Origin: Macrostomum lignano
Taxonomy: Eukaryota
DNA length: 64,000 bases
Direction of reading: 5' to 3'
Assembly: GCA_002269645.1 (NCBI GenBank)
Contig: NIVC01001748.1
Coordinates: 178,787-242,786 of the forward strand
In this document: positions 61,330 through 64,000 of the stretch, piece after piece
Position numbering within the stretch: the first letter of the stretch is position 1
Layout of the letters: every line of letters begins with the position of its first letter
Translations under genes and position numbers: made by a program
The notes under the pieces: generated by a model
Databases searched by the model: none
What the model was told of the DNA's origin: nothing
The model's input: only the letters and a program-made list of their open reading frames with translations

Positions 61330-61975
61330 TATGTTATCATCCTCTCATCTTCTCCCTTCACCACTCACCCTGCCCCACTATCTTCTCACTGTCTCCACTC
61401 TCCTCTCACCGTCTATACTCTCCTCTCTACTCTCCTCTCACCCTCTCCACTCTCCTCACCCTCTATACTCTCCTCTCCATTCTCCACTCTCTCTCACCCT
61501 CTATACTCTCCTCTCTACTCTCCTCTCACCCTCTCCACTCTCCTCTCACCCTCTATACTCTCCTCTCACCCTCTATACTCTCCTCTCACCCTCTCCACTC
61601 TCCTCTCACCCTCTATACTCTCCTCTCTACTCTCCTCTCACCCTCTCCACTCTCCTCTCACCCTCTATACTCTCCTCTCACCCTCTCCACTCTCCTCTCA
61701 CCCTCTCCACTCTCCTCTCCATTCTCCACTCTCCTCTCACCCTCTATACTCTCCTCTCCACTCTCCTCTCCACTCTCCACTCTCCTCTCACCCTCTCCAC
61801 TCTCCTCTCCACTCTCCTCTCCACTCTCCACTCTCCTCTCACCCTCTCCACTCTCCTCTCTACTCTCCTCTCACCCTCTCCACTCTCCTATTACCCTCTC
61901 CACTGTCCTCTCACCCTCTCCTCTCAGCCTCTTCACCCTCTTCTCACCCTCTCATCTCTTTCTCTTTCTTTCTAA
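61330..61975. repeat. CT-rich ~22-bp repeat (CTCTCCTCTCACCCTCTCCACT)n
   Basis: Tandem pyrimidine-rich units. Confidence 0.94.
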
Positions 61976-62877
61976 TCTATCATCTCACTCTATAAATTCC
62001 CCCTTCTCTGTCTGTCTTTCTACCTAGATAATTTCATCACTTTTTTCTTGTGAAGCCACACTGTCCGAATATTTGCTTGCTTCGAAAGCAATGCAGGAGC
62101 TTAGAGCATCTTCACAAAGCTACTGAATGTATCGACTAAGATCAACACTAACTTGGCACACTCGCTCGGCATCCCCTTGAAAATGTTGATACCAAGAATG
62201 GATTAAGCTGCTGGGATTTATATCGAACAATATAATCCTCATTCATTTAACAACAATAACTGACACGAACTAAATACGAAATAATGTAAAAGAAGATTAG
62301 TGAGAGATTATTGCGCCAAAGCCCATTGCCCCTGGGGCCGTGCTGTGCCACCCACGATATACCTACCCAAGCCCAGAAGCCTCCTTCAGTCGTGTATCAA
62401 GTCATCCCCAAGCCACAGAAGGATTATCCCACCCATCGCACCTTGCCAACAATCCGACAAAATTTGGGATTAAAAAAATCATTTCGAGATTTTGGTTGGC
62501 AACTGCGAGACGTGTGAAGTGTATCGCAGATACTTGAGCGGCTGTCGATTAGGGGAGAACCTTTAGGGGGAATATTTACACCCTTAATCCATTCCGTGGG
62601 AATACATATGCCAGCATGTCAGAATTTATGCCAGAATTTTGCATAACCTTGGCGCCATCTAAAGGATGCGGCCATTGCGGCGGACAGGTTCATGGACCTT
62701 TGGCTACTTGACTGGAAACGCGATGCATGCATCTGCTAAAATGTGGACAAATGTAATAGAATATATATTCTATTTTTTATAGAAAATTTCCTTTTTGAAG
62801 AAATATATTTTTTAGTTAATTTATTTCGTTTTATATTATTTTTCGTTTCGTTAAAACCTAAGAGAACCACTTTGACT

Positions 62878-64000
62878 GTCTCATGGTGGCGTCCCTGTCT
62901 CTTGTGGCATCCCTGTCTCTTGGTGGGTGTCCCTGTCTCTTGGTGGGTGTCCCTGTCTCTTGTGGAATCCCTGTCTCTTGGTGGGTGCTCCTGTCTTCTT
63001 GATGGGTGCCCCCATTTCTTGGTGGGCGTGTCTGTCTCTTGTGGGCGCCCCCTGTCTCTTGGTGGCACCCCTGTCTCTTGGGGGGCCCCTGTCTCTTGGA
63101 GGCGCCCCTGTCTCTTGGATGGCGCCCCCTGTCTCTTGGTGGGCGCCCTGTCTCTTGTCGGGGCCCCTGTCTGTTGGAGGGCGCCCCCTGTCTTCTTGGT
63201 GGGCCCCTGTCTCTTGGTGGGCGCCACCTGTCTCTTGTGGGCGCCCCCTGTCTCTTGGTGGGCGCCCCCTGTCTCTTGGTGGGGGCCCCTATCTTTTGGT
63301 GGGGCCCCTGTCTCTTGGGGCGCCCCCTGTCTCTTGGTGGGCGCCACCTGTCTTTTGGTGGGCGCCACCTGTCTCTTGGTGGGCGCCCCCTGTCTCTTGG
63401 TGGGCGCCCCTGTCTCTTGGTGGGGGCCCCTATCTTTTGGTGGGGCCCCTGTCTCTTGGTGGGCGCCCCCTGTCTCTTGGTGGGCGCCCCTGTCTCTGGT
63501 GGCGCCCCTGTCTTTGGTGGCGCCCCTGTCTCTTGGTGGGCGCCCCCTGTCTCTTGGTGGGGGCCCCTATCTTTTGGTGGGCGCCCCTGTCTCTTGGTGG
63601 GCGCCCCTGTCTCTTGGTGGGCGCCCCTGTCTCTGGTGGCGCCCCCTGTCTCTTGGTGGGCGCCCCCTGTCTCTTGGTGGGCGCCCCCTGTCTCTTGGTG
63701 GGCGCCCCTGTCTCTTGGTGGGCGCCCCTGTCTCTTGCGTGGGGGGCCCCTGTCTGTTGGTGGCGCCACCTGTCTCTTGGTGGCGCCCCTGTCTCTTGGG
63801 GGCCCCCTGTCTCTTGGTGGGCCCCCCTGTCTCTTGGTGGGCGCCCCCTGTCTCTTGGTGGGCGCCCCTGTCTCTTGGTGGGCGCCCCTGTCTGTTGGTG
63901 GGCGCCCCTGTCTCTTGGTGGGCGCCCCTGTCTCTTGGTGGGCGCCACCTGTCTGTTGGTGGGCGCCACCTGTCTCTTGTGGGGCCCCTGTCTGTTGGTG
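62878..64000. repeat. ~21-22-bp minisatellite (CCTGTCTCTTGGTGGGCGCC[C])n, inverted relative to 30278-31565; runs off the window
   Basis: Reverse complement of the 30.3-31.5 kb unit. Confidence 0.96.

Noticed and set aside
62755-62774. 20-bp perfect palindrome AATAGAATATATATTCTATT
   Set aside because: AT-rich and isolated; no associated element ends.

Overview
Eukaryotic (animal) genomic DNA with no prokaryotic features and no CRISPR array. GC-rich Ala/Gln/Ser-rich exons sit among about 25 different mini/microsatellite arrays. This style suggests a free-living flatworm such as Macrostomum, which is an inference only. Genes reconstructed by hand, with GT-AG sites and reading phase checked: (1) the 5' five coding exons of a minus-strand TRPC/TRPgamma-like channel (14583 to 1050, continuing off the left edge); (2) an intronless minus-strand BCL2L12/Bcl-G-like protein with no TM anchor (19862-21358); (3) a small plus-strand ORF/exon with a polyproline run and a GWNDPP (SRA1/Sec31-type) motif (25893-26186); (4) an intronless, divergent UBE2D/Ubc4-type E2 (37457-37900); (5) a complete six-exon minus-strand AP-2 (TFAP2) gene (58527 to 40842, 498 aa), whose 36-nt first exon resembles the vertebrate AP-2alpha 1c N-terminus. 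Four non-autonomous mobile elements have intact ends and target-site duplications: a hAT MITE, a tRNA-derived SINE, a TA-TSD MITE and a CCC...GGG CMC/EnSpm-like element. Most long ORFs in the supplied track are artefacts of stop-free tandem repeats. I found no clearly new system. The best leads are the GWNDPP micro-ORF, the BCL2L12/14-like gene, A/C-rich splice acceptors, satellites that hug exons, and inverted satellite arrays bracketing a TRPC exon.
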